Under the pieces are notes generated by a model. That model was not told the origin of the DNA. It worked only from the letters and a program-made list of their open reading frames with translations, and did no database searches. The translations under genes were made by a program, and so were the position numbers. This document shows, one piece after another, positions 17,176-25,538 of a stretch of 64,000 nucleotides of DNA (its first letter is position 1; every line of letters starts with the position of its first letter). This stretch comes from a virus. The stretch lies in IMG/VR virus record IMGVR_UViG_3300047301_000191; one strand, 5' to 3'.

Positions 17176-19440
17176 ATGGTAAGCGTGAAGTGTTTTAGTT
17201 TGTTTCTCCCTATTGTTTTTCTTTTTGCTGGATTTTCCCAAGCCAGCGAAGGCCATGATCGACGACATCGAGTCGATATCTGTCATAACAACCATGAGAT
17301 TAGGGTTGATGAGCACTCCGTCAAGGCTCATATGGCGCATGAAGATTGTCTTGGAGAATGCCCATGCGAAGCCCCAGAGCCAGAGTGCGAATGCGATGCA
17401 GATTGCACCGACAATCTTTTCTGCAGTGGTGATGATTTTTGCCGAGATGGAGTCTGTCATACTTTGCCACGAGAATGTCGCCCCACTGAAGTGTGTGATG
17501 AAGACAGGGATGCCTGTGTGGCTGTTCCGGAATGCAGTGAAGATTGCGATTGCGACAATGGTCTAGCTTGTGATGGTGCCGAATTTTGTGTTGGGGGCGT
17601 ATGCCTTGAAGGACAAAGCCCATGCCAAGATCAGCAAGTTTGCGATATTGAACATGATTTGTGCGTACCACCACCAGAATGCCTTGTCGACGAAGACTGC
17701 TCAGATAACATTTTCTGCAATGGTTACGAGCAATGTGTTGATGGAAGCTGTGCGGTAACTTTCCTTCCTTGTCTTGAAACCGAAGTGTGCTCAGAGGAGT
17801 TTGTTTATTGCACGCCTGTTTCTGGTGAAGGCGAGGGTGAGTCCAGTGAAGGAGAAGGGGAACCACCATGCCCTTCAGAGGGCGAGGGCGAAGTAGATCC
17901 CGCAGAGGGAGAAGGGGAAGGGGAGTCAAGCGAAGGCGAGGGCGAAGGTGAACCTTCCGAGGGCGAAGGCGAGCCAGAGCAACAAGAAAAATTGTTTATC
18001 TCTGGTAGCAGCGCATTCACTTGCCAGTCTTCTGATGGCACATCCTTTGCTATGTTCGCAATGCTCACTCCGTTTGCGAGTCTTTTTTCACGACGAAAGA
18101 AGGCAATTGCCAGCGCGGCTGTGATTGCAATGATTGCGATGGCGAACCCTGTCAAGGCAGAAGGACTTAACCGATCAGTTGGCGCAATCATCGAACATGA
18201 CACCGCCAATGTTCAATCTCCACTTCTGCTTGATGCTGGTACTATTCTGGTGGGCGGAAGTCTCGATTACTCTCATCAGCCTGTGGTTTTCCGCAATGAA
18301 GCTTTTGAAAATAAAATCACGGCAGTCGAACACCAGGGCACCGCTCGCCTTAACCTTGCATTTGGATTGACCGACAATCTTCAAATTGAAGGAAGTGTCC
18401 CGGCGTCATTGACTGTGGGAAAGGGTTTGGATCTAACAGGTCGTCCATCTGTTGGCATGGCTGACTCTTTGCTGGGGGCTCGACTGTCTCTGCTAGAAAA
18501 AGGTCAGCCACTGCAGGTTGCAATGTCTTTTCAGCTTGGTGTGCCGACGTCTTTTGCTTCATCTAATGGCCAACCAATCCTTGGAGAATCATTTTTAACT
18601 GGTCGCCCAGCCCTACTGGTTTCAGTTGGTGACGATATTGTTCGTGCGACTGGAAATGTAGGCTATACTTTTCGCAAAGAGAAATCGGTTGCTGATCTTA
18701 CTATTGGTGATGAGTTTGATGTGGGTGGAGCACTGAGTGTTCAATTAGTTCCAAAGGCTCTCTGGGTGACTGCTGATATTGCCAGCACTCTCAGCAGTCC
18801 ATCAATTCGTTCAAGCCGAATGATGTTTCCAACAGAAGCTAGTGTTGGCCTCCGTGGTGTATCTGGTCCACTGTTCGCGTCGGCGTCTGTTGGAACGGGA
18901 TTGGTTGCAGACGTAGGTACTCCTGATGTTCGAGCTACGCTAGCGGCAGGAATTACTTTTGATTTTGTTGAGCGACAAGTTCCTGCGAGCCATTGTCCTC
19001 CTGTAGTGGAACCAGCCGAACCAACTATTGCAAAGCCAACCGACAAGCCTGCCTTGGACTTAGTTGAAATCACTGATGATCGAATTGTCATTCTAAAGCC
19101 AGTGTTTTTCTATTACGATTCTTCCCGCATTCGCCCTGAAAGTATTGCGGTGCTAATGCAAGTTGCGGAAGCCATGGATCAACACCAGGAAATTCTAAGC
19201 CTTTCTGTTGAAGGTCATACAAGCTCTGAAGGGACAAGCCTATACAATCTTGACCTAAGTCAGCGTCGTGCAGCAGAAGTAAAGAGTTTTCTGGAGGCGT
19301 ATGGAATCAGTCCTTATCGTCTTCGCTCAATGGGATTTGGCGAGGTAGTGCCAATCGCTTCGAATGAAACGCAAGCAGGCCGCGAATCAAATCGTCGTGT
19401 AGAGTTTGTGATTCTAGAACGCAAGTTATTAAAGCAATAA
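17176..19440 (+). CDS. OmpA-family outer-membrane protein with N-terminal Cys-rich repeat domain and Gly-Glu low-complexity linker
   Basis: Signal peptide MVSVKCFSLFLPIVFLFAGFSQA; repeats of the C..G.C....C type; C-terminal OmpA/MotB domain (NLDLSQRRAAEVKSFL...GRESNRRVEFVILE). Confidence 0.7.
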   Translation: MVSVKCFSLFLPIVFLFAGFSQASEGHDRRHRVDICHNNHEIRVDEHSVKAHMAHEDCLGECPCEAPEPECECDADCTDNLFCSGDDFCRDGVCHTLPRECRPTEVCDEDRDACVAVPECSEDCDCDNGLACDGAEFCVGGVCLEGQSPCQDQQVCDIEHDLCVPPPECLVDEDCSDNIFCNGYEQCVDGSCAVTFLPCLETEVCSEEFVYCTPVSGEGEGESSEGEGEPPCPSEGEGEVDPAEGEGEGESSEGEGEGEPSEGEGEPEQQEKLFISGSSAFTCQSSDGTSFAMFAMLTPFASLFSRRKKAIASAAVIAMIAMANPVKAEGLNRSVGAIIEHDTANVQSPLLLDAGTILVGGSLDYSHQPVVFRNEAFENKITAVEHQGTARLNLAFGLTDNLQIEGSVPASLTVGKGLDLTGRPSVGMADSLLGARLSLLEKGQPLQVAMSFQLGVPTSFASSNGQPILGESFLTGRPALLVSVGDDIVRATGNVGYTFRKEKSVADLTIGDEFDVGGALSVQLVPKALWVTADIASTLSSPSIRSSRMMFPTEASVGLRGVSGPLFASASVGTGLVADVGTPDVRATLAAGITFDFVERQVPASHCPPVVEPAEPTIAKPTDKPALDLVEITDDRIVILKPVFFYYDSSRIRPESIAVLMQVAEAMDQHQEILSLSVEGHTSSEGTSLYNLDLSQRRAAEVKSFLEAYGISPYRLRSMGFGEVVPIASNETQAGRESNRRVEFVILERKLLKQ
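17824..17985 (+). repeat. In-frame low-complexity Gly-Glu repeat (GEGEGESSEGEGEP...)
   Basis: Reiterated ggcgagggcgaa units inside the OmpA-domain gene. Confidence 0.7.
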
Positions 19441-19442
19441 CA

Positions 19443-19475
19443 AGACAGGCCTTCAATGAGGGCCTGTCTTCATTT
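19443..19475 (+). terminator. Rho-independent terminator (agacaggcc-loop-ggcctgtct)
   Basis: 9-bp perfect stem 3 nt after stop 19440, followed by TCATTT. Confidence 0.5.
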
Positions 19476-19483
19476 AAGGCAAA

Positions 19484-19840
19484 ATGAAACTAATCGCATG
19501 GAAGGCTATCCAAGAAGGAAGCCTAGCACTGGATGAATTAACAAAGCAAGATCTCTCAGATTTGTCTGAAGAACTGATGACTCTTGTCGCCGCCATAGAA
19601 GACCTGCACTACACTCCCATCTTCTTATCCTGGCGAGCTTTTGCAAAAGACAAAGTGGAAGTAAAGATTAAGGCAAGAGTTAGATTTTTATTTCATGACG
19701 CTATCGTAAAAACAGGAAGGATAAGTCGGCAAATCATAGAGGCAGCGTCACTTAGTGGTGAACCAATCGCAATGCGCGGAGTTCTGTTTTTTGATTCAAA
19801 TGCAAACCAAGTGTCGTTTCATGTCCATGAAATTGTGTAG
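19484..19840 (+). CDS. Hypothetical protein (N-term MKLIAWKAIQEG)
   Basis: ORF after terminator. Confidence 0.45.
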   Translation: MKLIAWKAIQEGSLALDELTKQDLSDLSEELMTLVAAIEDLHYTPIFLSWRAFAKDKVEVKIKARVRFLFHDAIVKTGRISRQIIEAASLSGEPIAMRGVLFFDSNANQVSFHVHEIV

Positions 19841-19867
19841 ACTATAACAACCTAAGGGGATTCATAA

Positions 19868-20320
19868 TTGAAATTAGATGACTATGAGATTCTAAAAGTA
19901 GCAATTAACATTGCGCCAGAAGGCTCTACATTTTTAAGCCAATTTGATTTTGAGGATACGGACTATCAACACCCAAGCTGGCGCATTACCAAGGGAAAAG
20001 AAGTTAGATTCTCTGTCAAGCAAAAGATTAACATTTCAATAGGCATTGATGGCGTGAATCAATATGTAAGAAGAACTCAACTCCTACGTCGACATAAGAA
20101 TGGCAACAACATAGTACATAAAGCATACTATCAAAATTCTTTTGGCAAGTGTCTTGTTGTTGACAGCAATGGTTATAGCACTCCAATTAAACGATCAGAG
20201 TTCCAAGACGTTCTTGAAGGTAGATATATTTTTGTCAAGAACATACTTTGCCCCTTGCCATTGTCAGCAAAACCGCCGCCGCCGGATCCAAGCGGCGTTA
20301 CATTGCCTCGGCAACAATAA
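19868..20320 (+). CDS. Hypothetical protein (N-term MKLDDYEIL); C-terminus overlaps motif copy 3
   Basis: TTG start after AAGGGGA RBS. Confidence 0.45.
   Translation: MKLDDYEILKVAINIAPEGSTFLSQFDFEDTDYQHPSWRITKGKEVRFSVKQKINISIGIDGVNQYVRRTQLLRRHKNGNNIVHKAYYQNSFGKCLVVDSNGYSTPIKRSEFQDVLEGRYIFVKNILCPLPLSAKPPPPDPSGVTLPRQQ
20265..20290 (+). promoter_or_regulatory. Recurrent motif copy 3 (CAGCAAAACC-N10-GATCCA), inside the 3' end of the upstream CDS
   Basis: Exact half-sites and 10-nt spacer gccgccgccg. Confidence 0.4.
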
Positions 20321-20442
20321 AGGGAATACCATGTCTAGCCCTATCTCTAATCCCGCTTTGGTGACTTCGCGTTACCGGCGGTGGGTTCTACCTAGCTGAC
20401 CGCATCGCTAGGAAGAACTGCAATCATTATCAGCATCAGGTA

Positions 20443-20862
20443 GTGGCGTTGGCGGTCAGCTCTGGCTGCCCTGTCGACTATGGTGTCAATTCAATCAGGT
20501 ACTCTCGCCAGCAGGCTTACTGTGGAACATCTGTTCATGCAGAAGTTGACTTGGTTAAGAGCCTAGGTGCTCGCGCCAAGAACGCAAAGATTTTTGTATA
20601 CCGTTTCAATTCCAGAGACACTAATGAATGTCGCGAGCCTCACTCCAGCATTCCCTGCAACCTTTGTCAGCACGCATTGAAAGAAGCTGGCATCAGCAGA
20701 GTCTACAGTCTCAATGAAGAGGGGGCGCTGGTTACGATGAAAAAGTCTGATCTTAATTCTTTTTCAGTGGATCCATTTTTGCTTTCTGCAAACATAGCAA
20801 AGGACAATCGTATGCTAACAAGTCAACTCAATAGACATCTGGTATTTGCCAATGGAACTTGA
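20443..20862 (+). CDS. Cytidine/deoxycytidylate deaminase-fold protein (zinc-binding HAE...PCxxC)
   Basis: GTG start; SVHAEVDLV and PCNLCQHAL motifs with 29-residue spacing. Confidence 0.6.
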   Translation: MALAVSSGCPVDYGVNSIRYSRQQAYCGTSVHAEVDLVKSLGARAKNAKIFVYRFNSRDTNECREPHSSIPCNLCQHALKEAGISRVYSLNEEGALVTMKKSDLNSFSVDPFLLSANIAKDNRMLTSQLNRHLVFANGT

Positions 20863-21223
20863 TAAGTTTGAATTCTTTAAGTGGAAAGCAATCAGCGGGC
20901 TAATGAGTGCTAAGACAGCACCCGCCCTAGCCGAAGCAATTAAAATTCAAACAGGCCTTGTCTTGGAATATCCAAATAAGTTTCCAACTGCAGTGGAGCT
21001 TCTCACAAGGCAATATCTTTTTCTTTTTCAAGATGACTTCATCTGGACTGCTTCTTCTTTAGCTTGGGAAAATCCAAGCAAATCTCCACTCCATATAGGA
21101 GCATCAGCGTGGAAGTTGAATGCAGTCGACCCGAAGACATTCACAGAGAAAACAGGCATTTACTTATTCAAGCAAGATGGCTCGCTTGAAGCAATTTGTC
21201 AGGTCAGTACCTTTAACATCTAG
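20852..21223 (+). CDS. Hypothetical protein (N-term MELDKFEFFKW)
   Basis: ATG 6 nt inside TTG ORF 20846. Confidence 0.4.
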   Translation: MELDKFEFFKWKAISGLMSAKTAPALAEAIKIQTGLVLEYPNKFPTAVELLTRQYLFLFQDDFIWTASSLAWENPSKSPLHIGASAWKLNAVDPKTFTEKTGIYLFKQDGSLEAICQVSTFNI

Positions 21224-21246
21224 CGAAAGCTAGCGAAAGCCGAAAC

Positions 21247-22398
21247 ATGACCTCCATGTACGATGACCTTTCCAATCTCATTGCCAATAACCGTCATGTT
21301 GAAACCCTTGAAGCCGTAGGAGTGGCCTGCAAGCAGTCAGGATCATTCCTGATTTTTGACTATGAGATTACTGCCAACTGGGATTCTCCCTTTCCTTTTA
21401 TCTGCCGTGGTTTGGTCGCCGACCAATCAGGTAAGATTGTTTGCGCTCCAATGAGGAAGTTTTGGAACGCGGGGGAAAGCAAGGCTGATAAGATCGATTG
21501 GTCAAAGGCCTTGGCATTTGAGAAGATGGACGGTTCAATGGTGAACCGTTGGTTTGCAAACGGCGAGTGGCATGTCTCCACCAGGTATAATCTGGGAGAA
21601 GGTCTTAACTCAAGGATGTCGGATATCCATTCAATTGAATGGCGCCAGCTCATCGATAAGTGTTTGGAAACGGTTGACCTTACTCTGCAGCCCCCTGAAG
21701 AAACTTGGACCTATGAGATCTGCTCTCAGTACAACCGAGTTGTCGTCAAGTATCAAAAGCCATTTGCGGTATTGCTTAGCCGCCGAGTGACCGCCACAGG
21801 CCAAGAAATCCCAATCACTGGAATGGCTGACGCCTGCCGGACCCACGACCTTTCCAACCTTGAGGCTGCACAGTCTTATGTCGGTGGATTTGATGGCGGG
21901 GAATTTGAAGGAGTCGTCGTCTATGACGGCGAGAACCGAATCAAGATTAAGAATCCTTCTTATGTCTGGTGGCATCACATCCGTGGAGAGGTAGGCGCAA
22001 CTTGGAAGAATATGCTTTCTGTTTACTTCAAGGATGAAGACAGTGAGTTCGTATCCCAGTTCCCCGACTTTGGAAAGCACTTTCAGGTCATTGACTATTT
22101 CTTCAAAGAACAAATGTCTGGTGCAGAAACCCTGTGGGATTCAATCAAGATTGCTCCTACTCGCAAAGAGTTTGCTGCGCTGGTAGAAGCGACCGGCACT
22201 TCAATGAAGGGTTGGCTTTTCAAGCGGTATGGTGGTGGAACTGACTTGAGTGCCGAGCAGTTTGTTCGTTCGCTGGATGAACCAACGAGGAACCGTTGGG
22301 CAGAAAATGCTGGACTCAAGGGCCGACTTGAGAAGATTGGTTCACTTGCCAAGTGGGGAGAAGATGCCCCAGAGACCCCCACCATGGAGGAGGAATGA
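21247..22398 (+). CDS. ATP-dependent RNA ligase, Rnl1-like
   Basis: Motif I EKMDGSM (KxDGS), motif IV FEGVVVY, motif V IKIKN; 383 aa. Confidence 0.7.
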   Translation: MTSMYDDLSNLIANNRHVETLEAVGVACKQSGSFLIFDYEITANWDSPFPFICRGLVADQSGKIVCAPMRKFWNAGESKADKIDWSKALAFEKMDGSMVNRWFANGEWHVSTRYNLGEGLNSRMSDIHSIEWRQLIDKCLETVDLTLQPPEETWTYEICSQYNRVVVKYQKPFAVLLSRRVTATGQEIPITGMADACRTHDLSNLEAAQSYVGGFDGGEFEGVVVYDGENRIKIKNPSYVWWHHIRGEVGATWKNMLSVYFKDEDSEFVSQFPDFGKHFQVIDYFFKEQMSGAETLWDSIKIAPTRKEFAALVEATGTSMKGWLFKRYGGGTDLSAEQFVRSLDEPTRNRWAENAGLKGRLEKIGSLAKWGEDAPETPTMEEE

Positions 22399-22655
22399 CT
22401 GAAGTACTTTCGCTAAATCAGCAAGGAAAGATGGCTGGTTGGCGTGCCATGAAGAATATTATCTTCTTGCCAGTCAGCTTGCTGATGCTATTTGTTTGGG
22501 CAAAGTGCATCGATGCAATCGGAACAACCGACAGCTTCTTTCTAGCTTTGCTGGCGTTCTCGATTTCCTTGGCAGCAGTATATTTGCCTGTCTATAATTT
22601 TTTCTGCGCAGTTATTTCGTTCGTGGAATATAGCGCCAAAACAATGAGGGAGTAA
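22395..22655 (+). CDS. Small membrane protein
   Basis: ATGA overlap with the Rnl1 stop; two TM helices. Confidence 0.45.
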   Translation: MTEVLSLNQQGKMAGWRAMKNIIFLPVSLLMLFVWAKCIDAIGTTDSFFLALLAFSISLAAVYLPVYNFFCAVISFVEYSAKTMRE

Positions 22656-22657
22656 TT

Positions 22658-22852
22658 ATGCCAATCCGAGATTTTGTTTGCAAGAAGTGCAACTATATGT
22701 TTGAGAGGCTTGTTCGCAACGGAGAAGTTCCTGAGTGTGACAGGTGTCATTCCAAAGAATTGGAAGTACAAATCGCTCGCAGCGGTACCTTTGTACTTAA
22801 GGGCCAGGGGTGGTACAAGGATGGCTACTCTGGCGAAAGCAATAAGCGATGA
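22658..22852 (+). CDS. FmdB-family zinc-ribbon protein
   Basis: MPIRDFVCKKCNYMFE...CDRCHS...FVLKGQGWYKDGY matches the FmdB CxxC_CxxC_SSSS signature. Confidence 0.75.
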   Translation: MPIRDFVCKKCNYMFERLVRNGEVPECDRCHSKELEVQIARSGTFVLKGQGWYKDGYSGESNKR

Positions 22853-23226
22853 CGTTTGCGTCACTGTTACTGACGGGCTGCGTGATGGTGACATCCGCTT
22901 GGTTGTCTGTTGATTTCTCAACCAGCCAAATCATGAGTTGCCCGATCAGTTTGAAAGATAACGAGTTCGCTTTTCTTAAAGAAGAAAAGAACCATCAAGG
23001 CAAAGTCTTTGCTCAATCCAGCAGTGACGAAAACTTCTTTTCTTATGTTCTTGACGCAACAAGAAGCGAGGACTGTCGCTTGCTAATTACTTATGGTGGT
23101 ACCGTTCAAGTAGGAAGCCAGGCGTATGGCCTTCTTGGCACAGAATACTATTGCGAAGATAGCCGGTCCTATATTGTCATTGAGAGTGGCGGCCCGTATT
23201 TCTTCGCATCAATCAAGAATCAATGA
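22849..23226 (+). CDS. Lipoprotein
   Basis: Signal peptide + lipobox LLLTGC. Confidence 0.5.
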   Translation: MTFASLLLTGCVMVTSAWLSVDFSTSQIMSCPISLKDNEFAFLKEEKNHQGKVFAQSSSDENFFSYVLDATRSEDCRLLITYGGTVQVGSQAYGLLGTEYYCEDSRSYIVIESGGPYFFASIKNQ

Positions 23227-23232
23227 GCTGAA

Positions 23233-24027
23233 ATGAATCTACTTCAATGGCAGGAAATACAAAAATACACGCAAGAGTACGGACCTCCCAGTAAGATTGA
23301 AGGGCCTTCTCCGGGCGTTCCAAGTAACGCTTTGCGCTTTTCTCTTGAAGTGACGGACGGGCTGAAAGAAGTCATTTTAGTTTCCAACCCAAATGGGCAA
23401 ACTAAATTCATCACGCATTTTCTAAATAAAGAATTTCATCGTCCTATTGAGGAAGGCAGGGCCCTTATAGATTACCGAGAGGACGGCACTCTTAAGCGCT
23501 ATGAGTATTGGGAAAAAGGAAACAGGGTATTTATGCAAACAATGTATATCATGCGAGGCGTGCCTGGCTCAGGTAAAAGCTACATGGCAAAGCAAATCGC
23601 TACAGAGCAGTGCGGGACAATTTTCTCTACAGACGACTTCTTTATGAAGGGAGGAGAATATTTGTTTGACCCGGCTAAGCTCGGTTATTTTCATGAGCTT
23701 AACCGTCTCGCTGTCGAAAGGGCAACGGCGTCAAACGTCGAAACAATTGTTGTTGACAACACAATGACTACTCTTAAAGAAGCCAGGCAATACTGTCGAC
23801 TTGCCATGATAAATAACTACAAAGTCGTGTTTGTAGAACCAAAGACAGAGTGGGCTTTTAATGCAGAAGAGTGTGCCCGGCGAAATCAGCACGGAGTGCC
23901 TCTGGAGGCAATTGAAAGAATGCTTGCCAGATATGTTCCGGCAGAGAATTTCACCTTGGAAGCTTGCCTTGGCAAGAATTCCAATGGGGAAGATTGGACG
24001 GTCAAGGATGCCAAAGAAAGTACTTAG
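23233..24027 (+). CDS. Fusion protein: family N-terminal domain + one MORN-like repeat + P-loop kinase (polynucleotide-kinase/AAA_33-like)
   Basis: N-term MNLLQWQEIQKYTQEYGPP; Walker A GVPGSGKS; kinase-like remainder. Confidence 0.7.
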   Translation: MNLLQWQEIQKYTQEYGPPSKIEGPSPGVPSNALRFSLEVTDGLKEVILVSNPNGQTKFITHFLNKEFHRPIEEGRALIDYREDGTLKRYEYWEKGNRVFMQTMYIMRGVPGSGKSYMAKQIATEQCGTIFSTDDFFMKGGEYLFDPAKLGYFHELNRLAVERATASNVETIVVDNTMTTLKEARQYCRLAMINNYKVVFVEPKTEWAFNAEECARRNQHGVPLEAIERMLARYVPAENFTLEACLGKNSNGEDWTVKDAKEST

Positions 24028-24032
24028 AGGGC

Positions 24033-24311
24033 ATGATGTATCCACTTGACGTGTTATCTAATTTCTCAGCCGCAATGAGGAAGAATGGCTATACTCAAAA
24101 ACCAATCATTCATAACTTTTCTGAATCGGGGGTAGAGTGTATTTATTCCAATGCGAACTTTAAGTTGACCGCGCAATGTCAGGCTGACAAACTTTGTTTT
24201 GATGGAGTTAGTTTTCCAGAAGGAAATAATATCTCGTCCAATGGCATGGACCCTGATTTTGCTGCGAAGATCATTTGCCGATGGATTGAGCTTTGTGAAA
24301 AAGCTAAGTAG
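24033..24311 (+). CDS. Hypothetical protein
   Basis: Internal ATG just after upstream stop 24027. Confidence 0.35.
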   Translation: MMYPLDVLSNFSAAMRKNGYTQKPIIHNFSESGVECIYSNANFKLTAQCQADKLCFDGVSFPEGNNISSNGMDPDFAAKIICRWIELCEKAK

Positions 24312-24353
24312 TCTGTCGCAGGCTCGACACTCGGTCTCAGATACGGAGTAACT

Positions 24354-24674
24354 GTGCTTCTTGTTGAATACGAAGAGATAGCGAAATGGCTACCCAAATA
24401 TGACGCCTTTTCATCCAATAACGATTTGTATATCTTCACACGCTGTGAAGAAGAAGCCACCAATCATATTCTTGCTTTAAAGTTTGACAAAGAAGGCCGG
24501 TTATCTCATAGAATGTTTTGGCGCAACAACCAAAGACATAGACCAGTAGAAGAAGGACCAGCCTATGAGAGTTGGCATAAAGGAGAATCTCATTACTGGG
24601 AGTACTGGCAATTCGGGATTGAATACAATGTCGACGGCACATTGCCTCCATCTATAATAGATCCAATTGTTTAG
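24354..24674 (+). CDS. MORN-variant family member (short, one repeat)
   Basis: GTG start; N-term LLVEYEEIAKWLPKYDAF; repeat HRPVEEGPAYESWHKG. Confidence 0.5.
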   Translation: MLLVEYEEIAKWLPKYDAFSSNNDLYIFTRCEEEATNHILALKFDKEGRLSHRMFWRNNQRHRPVEEGPAYESWHKGESHYWEYWQFGIEYNVDGTLPPSIIDPIV

Positions 24675-24687
24675 CAAAGGATAATTT

Positions 24688-25026
24688 GTGCAACTTTATA
24701 TCTGGGAACACCTAAGCAAATTGATTGCCGACTACGGCAAATGTAGATACGATTACCTGGCTGGATATGGGAAGCATATATGGACATTTCATGTCAGCAG
24801 CATCTGTGTTTCCAGGTTAAAAATTCCAGCCTATGGCGATTACTATTTTGTAGATTATATCGAAGGAGGTGAAATTAGCAGAGATCCTGCAATGGGACCA
24901 GCCCATATCATCTTTGAAAAAAATAGTGGCAGGTATATAAATTGCGAATTCCGTAAGAATGGGCTTCTTGTCCCAGACCAAAGGGAAGCACAAATTCAAT
25001 TTCGTCGAAGTATTGTAAGGCCATAG
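24688..25026 (+). CDS. MORN-variant family member (divergent)
   Basis: GTG start; N-term LQLYIWEHLSKLIADYGK; one repeat GPAHIIFEKNSG. Confidence 0.45.
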   Translation: MQLYIWEHLSKLIADYGKCRYDYLAGYGKHIWTFHVSSICVSRLKIPAYGDYYFVDYIEGGEISRDPAMGPAHIIFEKNSGRYINCEFRKNGLLVPDQREAQIQFRRSIVRP

Positions 25027-25052
25027 CAGCAAAACCACCGCCGCCAGATCCC
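25027..25052 (+). promoter_or_regulatory. Recurrent motif copy 4 (CAGCAAAACC-N10-GATCCC)
   Basis: Starts the nucleotide after stop 25026; 27 nt upstream of ATG 25080. Confidence 0.45.
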
Positions 25053-25079
25053 AGTTTCGTCGCCAGAAAGAAGTTCATC

Positions 25080-25496
25080 ATGAACATTGAGGCATGGGCT
25101 ACGATTCAATCTTTAAGAGCAAAGTATGGCGAGCCTACCGTCATAAACAGTAGACATGGGCAATATCAAGGAATTGATGATTACCTGTACCTTCACATCG
25201 CCAGTCATGATCGAATACTTGAAGTAAGAATTTACCCACATGGAACCATGAAGAGCTTGACATTTTACATGGCGGAAAAGGGCGCACCTATCGCACTAGA
25301 TAGGGCATGGCAAGAAGGTCCCGCTTACGAATCCTACTATCCTAACGGAGTAGTTGCGGCAAGAGAATATCGCAAGGTCGGAAAGGCTCACCGGCCAATA
25401 GAAGACGGGCCTGCGTTTGAATATTTCGACAGCCGAGGAGAAAAAACCAACGTATGGTACTATGAGAATGGTCGAGAAGTGATTCTATACAGTTAA
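25080..25496 (+). CDS. MORN-variant repeat protein
   Basis: N-term MNIEAWATIQSLRAKYGEP; repeats GPAYESYYPNG, HRPIEDGPAFEYFDSRG. Confidence 0.7.
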   Translation: MNIEAWATIQSLRAKYGEPTVINSRHGQYQGIDDYLYLHIASHDRILEVRIYPHGTMKSLTFYMAEKGAPIALDRAWQEGPAYESYYPNGVVAAREYRKVGKAHRPIEDGPAFEYFDSRGEKTNVWYYENGREVILYS

Positions 25497-25538
25497 TTGT
25501 TTCAATGTAACATTCAGTCTAAACCTACGAGGTCAAAC

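Noticed and set aside
17321-17929. Long antisense ORFs (17321-17929, 10109-10771, 26666-27115, 61345-61995, 62618-63016, 21631-22113 on the - strand)
   Set aside because: They lie entirely inside strongly supported + strand genes (OmpA-domain gene, coiled-coil gene, clpA, MoxR, VWA, Rnl1-like). They have low-complexity or Arg/Ser-rich shadow-frame composition and no RBS, so they are shadow ORFs of GC-richer coding sequence.
20443-20862. Deaminase ORF extended upstream to the ATG at 20331
   Set aside because: The ATG at 20331 is followed by an in-frame stop after 23 codons. The deaminase frame opens only at the GTG at 20443.
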